A stretch of 63,768 bases of DNA, filler included, from Reclinomonas americana ATCC 50394 (lineage: Eukaryota), in the NCBI GenBank assembly GCA_048213135.1. It is 6 parts of 4 records of this genome, joined end to end, with 100 filler letters (N's around TTAATTAATTAA, not from the genome) between each part and the next. Parts side by side here need not be neighbours in the genome. Positions count along the whole stretch, not along the records: positions 32,234 to 46,934 come from PS015244.1; positions 47,035 to 58,174 come from PS015244.1; 4 more parts are not named here. One strand, written 5' to 3'. A program made the translations under genes and the position numbers. Under the pieces are notes generated by a model. That model worked only from the letters and a program-made list of their open reading frames with translations, made no database searches and was not told the origin of the DNA. Position 1 is the first letter of the stretch. Every line of letters begins with the position of its first letter. Shown piece by piece: positions 36,001 to 47,109 of the stretch.

Positions 36001-39000
36001 GGCGTGCTGCTCATTGTGGCGGTGAACGAAATCGTCTCCCTCGGTGCCGTCAAGGGACCGGGCGACATGGGTGCCGATATTTTTGTGGGCGAGGGACAGG
36101 TGACGTGGAAAGGAGAGGCGCGATTGATTTTTATTGTCGCTCACGTCGCTCGTTGTAAATAGAGCCTCGGCAACAACCTCAACTTTGGCGGTCCGACTGT
36201 CGGTCTGTTTGGCACTCGCATGAAGTACGTGCGCCAGATGCCGGGCCGTATTGTGGGCGAGACGCTGGATGCCGACAAGAATCGCGCGTTTGTGTTGACG
36301 CTGGCCACCCGTGAGCAGGTGGGGCAAAGGGAGAAGGGGGTTAAGGGAGAAGGGGTAAAGAGAGAAGGGGTAAAGGGAGAAGAGGGAAAAGGGAGAATGG
36401 GGGAAAGTGAGAAGAGGGTAAAGGGAAAAGGGGGTAGAGGGAGAGGGAGTAAAGGAAGAGGGCAGAGGGAGAGGGCAGAGGGAGAAGAGGGAGAAGGGAG
36501 AAGGGGTCAAGAGAAAAGGGGTAAAGGGAGAGGGGTAAAGGGAGAGGGGGGTAAAGGGAGAGGGGGGTAAAGGGAGAAGGGGGTAGAGGGAGAATGGGGC
36601 AGAGGGAGAATGGGGTAGAGGGAGAAGGGGAAAGGGGAAGAGGGGGTAAAGGGAAAAGGGGTAGAGGGAGTAGGGATAGAGGGAGAAGGGGGTAGAGGGA
36701 GAAGGGGAAAGGGAAGAGGGGTAAAGGGAAAGGGGGCAGAGGGAGAAGGGGCACAGGGAGAAGAGGGTAGAGGGCGAAGGCGGTAAAGTGATGTGGGGGA
36801 GAGTCGAAGAGATTGTATTCGTGTGGTGCACTCAGTTGGCTCATTGTGACAGCTGAGCAGCGGATTGGTGACTCTTTTTTGTCTATCCTGCCATAGTGAC
36901 AGTTTCTGAGGGTGGCAGCTGAGCTGTAGCAAATTGTTTAGTCTGTATTCTTTTTGTGCCGTCAGATGAATTCAGAGTGGCACTCTTAATTGCTCGGAAA
37001 GACGCACTTGTCGACGATGCAGTCGAGTTTGAGGGGCTCCAAGAGTGCCTATGTGCCCGTCATTGGAAGCAGTTCCTCTCTCTGAATTTTTCTGTGGGCT
37101 GCACGCCGCAGAGTTGAGGGGCACCTGTCCTAACCCTCCTTCCCCCTCCTATCTCCCCTCGCAGCACATTCGGAGACAAAAGGCCACCTCGAACATTTGC
37201 ACCAGCGCCGGCCTGTGCGCCCTCGGTTTCACCGTGCACCTCACCCTCCTCGGCGAGCAAGGTGCGTGCTCTCACCACTCATGTCCCTCCCGCTTTTCCT
37301 CACTTTGCTCACCACGGTGGCATCTGCAGGCTTCCGCCAGCTCGCCCAGCTGAACCACGCCAACGCCTGCAAGTTCGCCGACCTCATCGCCAAGAACGTG
37401 CCGTCGGTCAAGGTGCTGAACAAGACGTTCTTCAACGAGCTGTCGCTGCAGTTGCCGGCTGGCCGCTCAGCAGCGGCCGTGGTGCAGAAGATGGCCGACA
37501 ATGGTGTGCTGGGTGGTGTGCCGCTGTCGCGCTTGTATGGACCGGAGAAGAATGTGAAGGTGGAGTGGAAAGGGGGAAAGGAGAAGGGAAAAGGGAGGTG
37601 AAGAGAGGGTAAGGAGAAGGAGAAAGAGGGTGAAGTGCGAGAGAGTAGAGAAAAGAAGCTGTGATCATTCTCCTATTAATGTGCGATGGAGATACTGGAT
37701 TAAGAGAGAGAGAGAAGCAGAATTGAGCAAGAGAGAGGCAGCCTGATAGAGGATGAGTGAGTGTGAGAGAGGGACGACTGCAAGGGAAATGTGAAGTGGA
37801 AACTGCTGCTCTTTCTTCTCTCGCTCTTTCCTCTCGCCGTGCTCGCTCTGAGGATGGAGATAGACTTTGCGTAGTAGAGTGTGCAACTGAGAAACTGGAG
37901 AAAAATTGAGATAGAGAGGAACGGGTTGAGGATGCGTGCGAAAGTGAGAGAAGAGAGAGAGAGAAGAATACGACTGGATGAGAGATGGACTGTTTTTCCT
38001 CTCGCTGTGCTCTCTTCGCACTGTGTTGTCTTTTCTCGCTGTGCTCCCTCCTCTCACATCTCTCTCTCCTCTCGCCACAACGATTCTTCTCTCGCTGTGC
38101 TCTCTCCTCCCTCTCTCTGAATGGGAGTTGAAATGGAAAGTGATTGAGTGCAGCGGGCGCACCGTGGAGATACTGCATTGAGAAAGAAACAGAATTGAGA
38201 AAGAGAGAGAAAATCACGTATGGATGATATGTGGAGAGAGAGATTGGTTCTGTCATCCTGTTCTCTCTTCTCTCGCTGTGCTCTCCACTTTTGCTTTGCT
38301 CTCTCCTCTCTCTCTCTCTCTATATATATATTCTCCTCGCTGCTTTGGCCTTTCTCTCGATGCTGCCTTCTCTTGTTGTTCTCTCACTACTTCTCCCTGG
38401 ATGGGAGTTGAAATGGAGAGCAATGGAGAATGTTTGTGTGAAGCTGAACGAGAACATGCGATAAAGAAACTGGATTGAGACAGAGGCAGAATTGAGAAAG
38501 AGAGATGAGAGTTAGCGAGTGAAACAGAATAACGAATGGATTATATCTGAAGAGGAAGACTGGTTCTGTCATCGCTGCGCTCTCTCCTCCTGCTGCGCTC
38601 TCTTCTCGCCGTGCTCTCTTCTCTCGCTGTGCTCTCTTCTCTCGCTGTGCTCTCTTCTCTCGCTGTGCTCTCTTCTCTCGCTGTGCTCTCTTCTCTCGCT
38701 GTGCTCTCTTCTTCTGAGCGGGAGTTGAGATGGAGAATGATTTGTGCAGCTGAGCAAGTGCGTGCGATAAACAAACTAGATTGAGAAAGAAACAGAACTG
38801 AGAGAGAGAGAGAGAGAGAGAGAGTTGGATGAGGGCGAGTGAGAGTAAGAATAACGAATGGATGATATTCAGAGAGAAAGAGTTGGTTCTGTCATCGCTG
38901 CTCTCTCTCTCTCTCTCTCCTCGCTGCTCTCTCTCCTCTCGCTTTTCTCTTCTACTCCCCGTGCTCTCCTCTCGTTTGCTCTCTCTCTCTCGGTGTACTC

Positions 39001-39277
39001 TTCTCTCTCGCTTCTCTCTCTTCTCCTTTCGCTTCTCTCTATTCCTCTCGCTACTCTCTCTCTCTCTCTCTGCCACCCTCTTCCCCTTCCCTTCTCCCCC
39101 CTCCCCCTCTCCCTCCCTTCCCCCTTCCCTCTCCTTGTCACTCACCCTTCCCCTCCCTCTCCCCTCCCCTTCCCTTCCCCCCTTCCGCAGGACGACATCA
39201 TCATCAGCGCCATCACCGAGCTGGCGACCGAGAAGGACATGCACGCATTTGTGGAGCAGCTGAAGAAGGCACTCTAA
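32899..39277 (+). CDS. gcvPA: Glycine cleavage system P-protein subunit 1 (split type), spliced; first exon(s) upstream unresolved
   Basis: Exons 32899-32997, 33170-33282, 34632-34955, 35836-36099, 36163-36318, 37165-37261, 37330-37559 and 39191-39277 join in frame: [105 protein letters not shown] follows after roughly 450 aa, i.e. only the N-terminal half of a fused GLDC. Confidence 0.93.
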
Positions 39278-39357
39278 GCAGGCCATACCTTTTTCCCCCG
39301 CAGATTCCCCCTTTTTACTACTAGTGTATGTCGCGTCCTATTCTTTTCGATTTCACC

Positions 39358-39876
39358 TCACGCAAAGCAGGTGAAGGTGGCGCCATTGTTACTCGAGGCG
39401 TCACATATGCCGGCCACGTCGGGCGTGCTCTGGTTGATCACGCCGCAGTAGCCGTCGGCGACCGCACTGAGCACCATGATGCTCTCGCCGCCGTGACACT
39501 TGCACTGCTTGCCGGGCGGCGCAAAGCACGTGCCCACGAACGCCGGCAGCACCGACGCCTGCTTCTTTTGCAGCTGTTCGACGGCCTCGCGCAGCTCGTC
39601 GATCGCAGCCAGCACGTCCGTGTTGTTGACCACCAGCTGGCCCGGTACGAATACCGAGCCGCAGCGTGTGGTGTTGCGGAATTGCACGCCGTTGCCGCCG
39701 TGCGACTGCAGGCACAGCCAGGCCAGCTGACCGACACCGCCACTGCGGCTGGTGTGGTCGTCGACGGCGTCACTCTGACTGTACAGCTCCACCTCCATGC
39801 GCACGGGCAGTGCGAAGAAGACGACGAAGCCGACGATTAGGAGGACGGCGATGAGGGTGTAGGCGCGGGAAGTCAT
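39358..39876 (-). CDS. Small secreted or type-II membrane protein: coiled coil + C-terminal Cys-rich domain
   Basis: Intronless 172-aa ORF; hydrophobic N-terminus, GQLVVNNTDVLAAIDELREAVEQLQKK coil, six-Cys tail. A paralogue lies adjacent. Confidence 0.8.
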   Translation of the reverse strand: MTSRAYTLIAVLLIVGFVVFFALPVRMEVELYSQSDAVDDHTSRSGGVGQLAWLCLQSHGGNGVQFRNTTRCGSVFVPGQLVVNNTDVLAAIDELREAVEQLQKKQASVLPAFVGTCFAPPGKQCKCHGGESIMVLSAVADGYCGVINQSTPDVAGICDASSNNGATFTCFA

Positions 39877-40345
39877 TTTGAAGGTGAGATGATGTGCTCT
39901 CCTGCGGTTCAGCAGAAGGACAAATGGCTCCAGTGGCGGAATAATTAGGGGCGACTATCTATCGTGTCAACACGCGGCGGCATGATATTCTCCTGTCGGA
40001 CGACTCGAGAGGTTGTGGTCGCTTTCGCAGTTTCGGGACAAGTCGGAAGTAGGAGAGGTCCGATGCATTGCCCACCTGCACGATACGGGACAACGACTAG
40101 ACAACAATAACAGCGGCGAGGAGTTGTCATTCGTAATGATCAACATTTCGGATTGCAAATTCCGAAACCAGCGCTCTCATGACCCTCTCTATCTTCAAGA
40201 GAACGAGCCCAGTCGAGCAGATTCTCTGACACCTCCCTCGCTCTCTTCCTCTTCTACCATCACACACTTGTCCAATCACCATCGATNNNNNNNNNNNNNN
40301 NNNNNNATCACCTTTCATTGTCACTTCCTTTCCCGATATTCCCCT

Positions 40346-41031
40346 CTATTTGAAGCACGCAAAGTTCCCCCCATTCACACACGAGAACTCACACATGCCC
40401 GCCACATTCTTCGAATCCTGATTCACCACCCGGCAGCGCACATCGCCAATCCCCGTCAGCACCATAATGCGCTCGCCAGCGTTGCACTTGCACTGCGCGC
40501 CGCGCGTGGCAAAGCACGAGCCCACATATGCCGGCACCAGTGACACCTTCTTCTGCTGCAGCTCCTTCACCTGCTGCTGCAGCTTGGCCAGGGCGGCGTA
40601 CACGTCGGTGTTGTTGAGCACCAGCTGGCCGGGAATGAACACGGAGCGGCNNNNNNNNNNNNNNNNNNNNAGCGCGTGGAGTTGCGGAACTGGACGCCGT
40701 CGCCCTTGCGCTTGTGGGAGGATTCGGAGGCAAAGTCGTCGACTGCGTAAAAGCCGCCACCGTCGTCGTCGTCGTCGTCCTCGCTGCTGCTGTTCTTGGT
40801 GCGGTGCTCCCGCAGGCAGTGCCACGCGTGGAATCCTCCACCTCCGTGGTGGCCACGCGGTTCGACGTGCGAATGTTCCTCCTCCACCACGTGTAGATCC
40901 AGGTTCAGGCGGACACGCTCGCTCTCCGAGAGCTGGGGCACGGAGGCGGTGCAGGTGGCAGCGAGGAGGAGGGCGAGGAGGAGGAGAGGGAAGGGGGAGG
41001 AGGAGGAGGAGGAGGAGGAGGAGGAGGCCAT
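40346..41031 (-). CDS. Paralogue of 39358-39876 (interrupted by a 20-N gap)
   Basis: Signal-like FPLLLLALLLAATCTA, GVQFRNSTR, then after the gap SVFIPGQLVLNNTDV...CFATRGAQCKCNAGERIMVL...GNFACFK-stop. Confidence 0.78.
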
Positions 41032-41734
41032 GAGTGCGCGCGGGAGGAGGGGAAGAGCGAGTGTTGGAGGATTCTGTTGTCGAATGGGGTGAAGAAGGCA
41101 AGATTGAGCATGGCTCTGGATTAAGTGACGTACTACCTGCTGCTACTGATCAGGCTCCTGCTGCTGCACGAGCACTGGTGAGTTGCCAATGTTGCCAGAC
41201 ACAGCAAACTGGGTATAAATGACGCGATTAATTACTGTACAACAACTGCACCTACTGCTGATACTTGGGATTGTGCTGGTGTGTGGCAGAAGATGAGAGT
41301 AGAATCACTAAGTCGAAGACACCTTGACAACACAGCACTTCCTGTCATTCACCACATTGCAACAATGCAACAAGTGTCGACAAGACAAGTCCCTTACCGA
41401 CAACTACCTTGGCGTACCTGCAATATTTAAACACGCAGTAACTCTTCTCCAACACTCGTCTTCCCTTTCAGGAGACAAAGCCAATCAAACGCATGTTGGT
41501 CTCAACACGGAGGCGCTTACCTCGTTGTAGGTGGGTGCTGCGCACGATAGTTGCCCTGGAGATGCGGCGATGCTTGTGTCCTTACCTCGTCGGTTCGTTC
41601 TGTTGGCTTCCTCTCTTCGGGGGAGCAAGCCACCTGGTCGGTACTCCATTGTGGTGATCACCCATCCAACCAGTCGCTGGTGTTGCCAGATATGGTGGTG
41701 AACAACTACGCATTTGATTAATTACAAATAACAA

Positions 41735-42486
41735 CTACTGCTGCTGCTGTTCTGGCTCGTGCTGCTGCGTGAGCACTGGCGCGTCACCGATGTTGCCAGA
41801 CACGGTGAACTCGCAGCTACGCAACAAGGGACAGTGAGAATATGGAGAGCCATGCTTAATCACGACCAACGCAACTCGGCGTCCCGGTTGAAGCAAAAGG
41901 CCGTCAACCGGTAGTGCTGTGGGTAGGTGAGCGACGCAGAATCACGATAACTGGGCAAGCGCTTTGGCAAACCCAACTCCGGCGGTCTTGGCGGTGGTGG
42001 AGGCGGAGACGGGCAGCGACGTGCGGCCGGGGCGGTTGGGGTCGGAGGGGGAGGGGGGTGGGAAGCTGGTGAGCCAGGTGAATTGGTCTTGGGTGGGTTG
42101 CCAGTATTCGATGAGGACTGAAGGGGGGAAGGGGTGGAAAGGGAAGGGGGTGTAAGGGAAAGGAGGAATCGGTGCATATTCCTGTTTCTTTGTTGCGACT
42201 CTTTTCCTTCTACTAACTCTCTCTATCGCTCACTCTACTTCTCTCTTGCTTTCTCCTTTCTCCCTTCTCCCTTATTTCGCTCTCTCTGTTCTCGTACTCT
42301 GTCGATCTGTCCCTTCACAGCACTCACCGGAATACGACGACGCCTTTGTGGGCCTCACATTGACATCGATGACCTCGCCGGCCTCCACGCCCACGCAGTC
42401 GACAATCACGCCGTAAAACGGGACCGAGTGGGGCGCGATCAGAGAGCGATCTGGGAGGGAATGGGAGAGAAAGAGGGAATGTGAGA

Positions 42487-42524
<38 letters not shown>

Positions 42525-43164
42525 ATATGCTGCAGCGAGAGTCTGATGGACTCTGCGTGAATGAGAGACAGGTAGAGAGGCAAGACTGGGAAAGAAAGCG
42601 AAGAGGCAGCAGTGAAGAAGATGCAGTAAATGACAAAGGGGATGAGAGGAGGGGAATAAGAATGAGATGAAGAGGTGGAGGGGGAGGAGAGGAGGAGAAG
42701 AAGAAGGTGGAGAAGAAGAAGAAGAACAAGAGAGAGAAGAAGAAGAAGAAGAAGAGAGAGAGAGAGAGAGAGAGAAGAAGAAGAAGAACAAGAACAAGAA
42801 GAAGAACAACAGGAACAAGGAGAAGAAGATGATGATGAAGGAGAAGAAGGAGAAGGAGAAGGAGGAGGAGAAGGAGGCGGAGGAGGAGAAGGAAGGAAGA
42901 ACAAGAAGAAGAAAAAGAACAAGAAAATAACACCAACTAAAGATGTTGAGAAGACAGAGTGAGAAAGAAGAAAGAGGGAGGAGAAGAAGAATGAAAGAAG
43001 CATTGAGTCAGCAAGAAACGGAGAGAAAGAGAGTGAGCGAGAGAGTGAGAAAGAAAGCCTGTGATCGTTAGAGAGTGAGAGACTTAGCGAGAGAATGAGA
43101 AAAAGAATGAGAGAAGAAAAGCCTTTCAGTGCTCTCTGCGTCTGTCTCCCCTCCATCTCTCACC

Positions 43165-43196
<32 letters not shown>

Positions 43197-43338
43197 TTCA
43201 ATCATTCTCATCTCCTCTCTCCGTCTTCTCTCTCTTGACCAAACTTTGCACATTGCACGGTGCATGTTGCTGTGCTTGTGTGCTGCTGAGACACAGTGCG
43301 ACGAGGAGGAAGAGGAAGAGGGTTGCCTGTGCTCTCAT
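41735..43338 (-). CDS. Hypothetical secreted protein, ~160 aa, five exons
   Basis: Signal peptide MRAQATLFLFLLVALCLSSTQA; phase-compatible exons SLIAPHSVPFYGVIVDCVGVEAGEVIDVNVRP | VLIEYWQPTQDQFTWL...KTAG | HYRLTAFCFNRDA | DCEFTVSGNIGDAPVLTQQ-TAG. Confidence 0.6.
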
Positions 43339-43748
43339 TTCTTGACAAATTGAGTTGTCCTGTGGAGGTGAAACGCTGTCTCTGTGCGAGTGTTGCGCTG
43401 CTGTTGAAGGGGCTATTGGAGAGGTTGCTTGACTAGAGGCCAAGGGATTATTACAAGTCGACGTCGACGTCGATGTTTGTGTGTTTGATGTGTACGTAGA
43501 GGAGGTTGAGGAGCAGTGTTTTGTGGCGGAGGTGTAGGAGGAAGAGTCTCGTTCCCCGACTTCTCCTTGCCAGTGAGAAAGCAACAAGACGACGTCGCCT
43601 GCGCAACCCATGTCCGCCAACAAAAGAGGACACCGACGGAAAAAAGGCAGTGTGCGAGGCAGAGAGGGAGTGTGTGTGTGTGTGTGTGTGCGTGTGTGAG
43701 GGAGAGAAAGAGAGAGAGAGCACGCTGCTGCTGTTTCTCTCAAAGAAA

Positions 43749-46217
43749 ATGAGGTGTGCTGTGATGTTGTCAGGTGGCATTCTCTCTCACTCTCACTCGC
43801 GCTTCTGTCTTTGCCTCTTTGGTGGCAGTGCTCCTCGGAAGAAAGCATGGTCGATGGCACTAGAAGGCGATGTGAAGGCTCTGCGCGAGTTGGTGGCGCG
43901 TGAGGGCGCACAAACTCTGCTGACGAGAGAGGAGATGAGTCCTGGTGGCTGGTCGGCATTTTACCTTGCCGCTTCCAGCGGCCATCTCTCTGTGTTGGAG
44001 TATTTGTGGGAGGAGAGTGGTGTGGGGCCACAACTCGCACAAATGGTCAACGACGAGGGCTGGACGCCACTGATGACAGCTGCCTCCCATGGGTATCTGC
44101 GAGTGGTGGAGTGGTTGCTTGCCGATGAGCGACGATGTCCGCCGGAGATGGTGCGCGCGGTAGACGGAGACTTGTCCTCGGCACTGCACTATGCTGCCTG
44201 GCAAGGTCGCGAAGCCATTGTGCAACTCCTCGCCACTCGCTTCCCCGACCTCGTTCCCATGGTCAACAAGAAGGGCAAGACGGCGGCTCAGTGGGCGCGC
44301 GAACGAGGCAAGCAAGAAGTGGCCGACATGCTCGATCGCCTCGCTGCACAACCAGCACCTCCTCGCCAACAACAACAACAGCAGCCGCGATCCCCGCCTC
44401 CTGCAGGTATTGACCTCAATGTCTGTTGGCATGTTGTGTTCGTGCTCACGCTCCACCATCTGCATGTGTCCTTGTGTGTCGTTCCTGGCGCATATGATGC
44501 AGTGCCAGCACGCCAGGTGAGACGGAGATGCGCCACTCTCTGCTTCTTGTTGCTCGTGAAACTCCCTTCTCACATCCGTTCCGTGTCTCCCTCGCACTCT
44601 CGAAAATTGCAGTCGGCTGTTGATGATCCCACCGTCGCACGCCAACCCGCCGACAAGGACGCGCTGCTTGCGCAACTGCAGCGCGATCTTGCCGCAGCAC
44701 AGCAAGAGCGAGAGCAGCAGCAGCGAGAGTGGGACCGACAGCGACGTGACCTCGAAGATATTGTTGTCCAACTACAGCAAGCCAACGCAGTGCTCGAAGG
44801 AGGCAAGGCCGGTGAGCAGCAGAGGAATGCACAACTTCAACAAGCCAACTCGGAATTGCAGCGAGCTCACGCTGACGGACAACATCAAATCACGCAATTG
44901 CAGCAAGCCAACTTGGAATGGCAACAAGCTCATGCCAGTGAGCAGCAGAAGAATGCCCAGGTGCAGCGATTCGTCACTGAGCTCCAGCAAGCCAACACGG
45001 AATGGCAACAAGCTCACGGCCAACTGCAAGCTCAGCTGACTGCGGCTCTGCGTGACAAGGACGACTTCGCCGCGCAGTTGCAAGAAAGCAATCAACTCGT
45101 CTCCCAGCTGCGACAGGATCTTCTCCTCACCCAAGGTCAGTCTCTTGCCCTCTTTCTCTCGTTCTTGATGATGTGTTTTAGTGTTCCGTGTCCCTCAATC
45201 TCACCCATGTCTCACTTCCCCATCACCCCCGCCACAGTCGACACAGCCGTGCAGCGCTTCGAGTGGCCCGAGATTGTGCAAGCCACCGACACCTTCTCAC
45301 CGCGCCTCAAGGTCGGCGAGGGCGGTCAGGGTGCCGTGTTCATCACTCTGCTTCGCGAGATGCACGTGGCCATCAAGGTGCTCGACCCCGACGCTCCGTG
45401 GACGATGGAGTCGTTTGAGAGTGAGGTCTGTTTGTCTCCATTCTCCTGTTTCTTCCCGCTCTTTCCTCATCCTTTTCCCCATCTCACAAGGTGGCCACTC
45501 TCGGACGCCTGCGTGATCGTCGCATTGTGCCTCTTGTCGGTTACTCGGTAGGCGACGACAAAGCACGCTGTCTCGTATACAAGGCCCTGCAGTGCGTGAC
45601 CATCTCCCTTTCCTTCTCCGTCATCTTCTCACTGTGAGAGCACACAGAGTTCCCAACCTGGAGGATCTATTGCTGCTACCACGCGCCGGTCGTGCACCAC
45701 TCTCTGTCGTGCAGCGTGTGCAGATTGGTCTCGGACTGGCCGAGGCTGTGGTGTTCTTGCACAAGGTCTGTGCGATGTGGAAACCATCCTTCATCTCCCA
45801 TTCACCCTCTCCGTCTCCATCGCTCTCTGTTCTGCACTCTCTTCTTCTTCTCTCTTCGTCACTCATTCGCTCTTGTCGTCTCTTCCACTCTCACATGTTC
45901 TCTCTCTGAGTAGCCCTTGCTCTCTGTTCTTACCCTTTTTCTCTCCTCTCTCCTTGTCGCTCTCGTGCTGTTCGTGTCTCTTCAAATCTCTCTCACTTTC
46001 CCCTTTCTCGCTGTTGTGTTTTATCCTTTGTTCCTCGCCTCACTTACCAGTCTCGCAGAATAAGGTGGTGCACCGCGACATCAAGCCCTCCAATGTGCTC
46101 CTCGATCACCGCCTGGAGCCATGTCTCGGTGACTTTGGCATTGCGCGGTCGATTGCAGATGGCAAGGTTTGTTGGCTTTCGTTCTCTGTCGTCCTTCGTT
46201 CTCTCTCACTCTCTTCT

Positions 46218-46262
<45 letters not shown>

Positions 46263-46649
46263 TTCGTTCTCTCACCTTCTCTCATCTCGCAGACCACGAC
46301 CGCTGCCGGTACTCTGGACTACATGGATCCACTGGCGTTACGTGTGAGGATGCCGGATCCGGAGCACGACGTGTACAGCATGGGTATCGTACTGGTACAG
46401 CTGGTCACCAGCAAACCCGTTGCCACGGTGGTGGATTGGTCTGTGAGATGGGATCGCTCTGCTGCCTCAGTGCACCCCATGGAGCTGGTGGACGCTGGTG
46501 TTGAGTGGACTCCACGCATCGCCGAACCCATGTTCGAACTCGGCATGCGATGCATGAGCGTGCGGCGTGATCGGCCGACCTCGCAGGAGGTGCTCGATGT
46601 GATGCGCACGCTGCGTGAGGCGTGTGGGCAATTTACAATGGAACTCTGA
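43749..46649 (+). CDS. Ankyrin / coiled-coil / RLK-Pelle-like kinase, copy 5
   Basis: ATGAG|gt at 43749-43753, exon 2 from 43829 (SAPRKKAW), micro-exon 44503-44516, coil exon, kinase exons with VAIK, HRDIKPSN, DFG, GTLDYMDP; TGA at 46649. Confidence 0.92.
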
Positions 46650-47109
46650 TGAGGTAAATTGTGCGTGTTCGTCTTCGGCAGCTGCTGCGAGTGTGCGTGT
46701 GTGACAGTGAGAACTGAGTGACCTGAAGTGAGCATGCAACTTGATTCACACACTGGTGAGCCAGATCACAAACGCTGCAGCTGGCAATAACCACCGCCAG
46801 CATGCACGACAAAGGCAAGTGCACGCACGCGATGAGAGACGAGAACAGAATCCATGTTTGCAGACGGCGTGTGGATGAATCATCCTCACGTCGTGCACAA
46901 CATGCGACAGCTGAGGAATCGCTTCGGCGAGGTANNNNNNNNNNNNNNNNNNNNNNNNNNNNNNNNNNNNNNNNNNNNTTAATTAATTAANNNNNNNNNN
47001 NNNNNNNNNNNNNNNNNNNNNNNNNNNNNNNNNNAAGAAGAAGAAGAAGGAGGAGGAGGAGGAGGAGGAGGAGGAGGAGATGGAGAAGAAACGAAGGAGG
47101 AGAAGAAAA

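Noticed and set aside
6130-44405. Diversity-generating retroelement as the source of ANK variability
   Set aside because: Differences involve all four bases and indels rather than adenine-specific changes. No template repeat or reverse transcriptase is present in the window.
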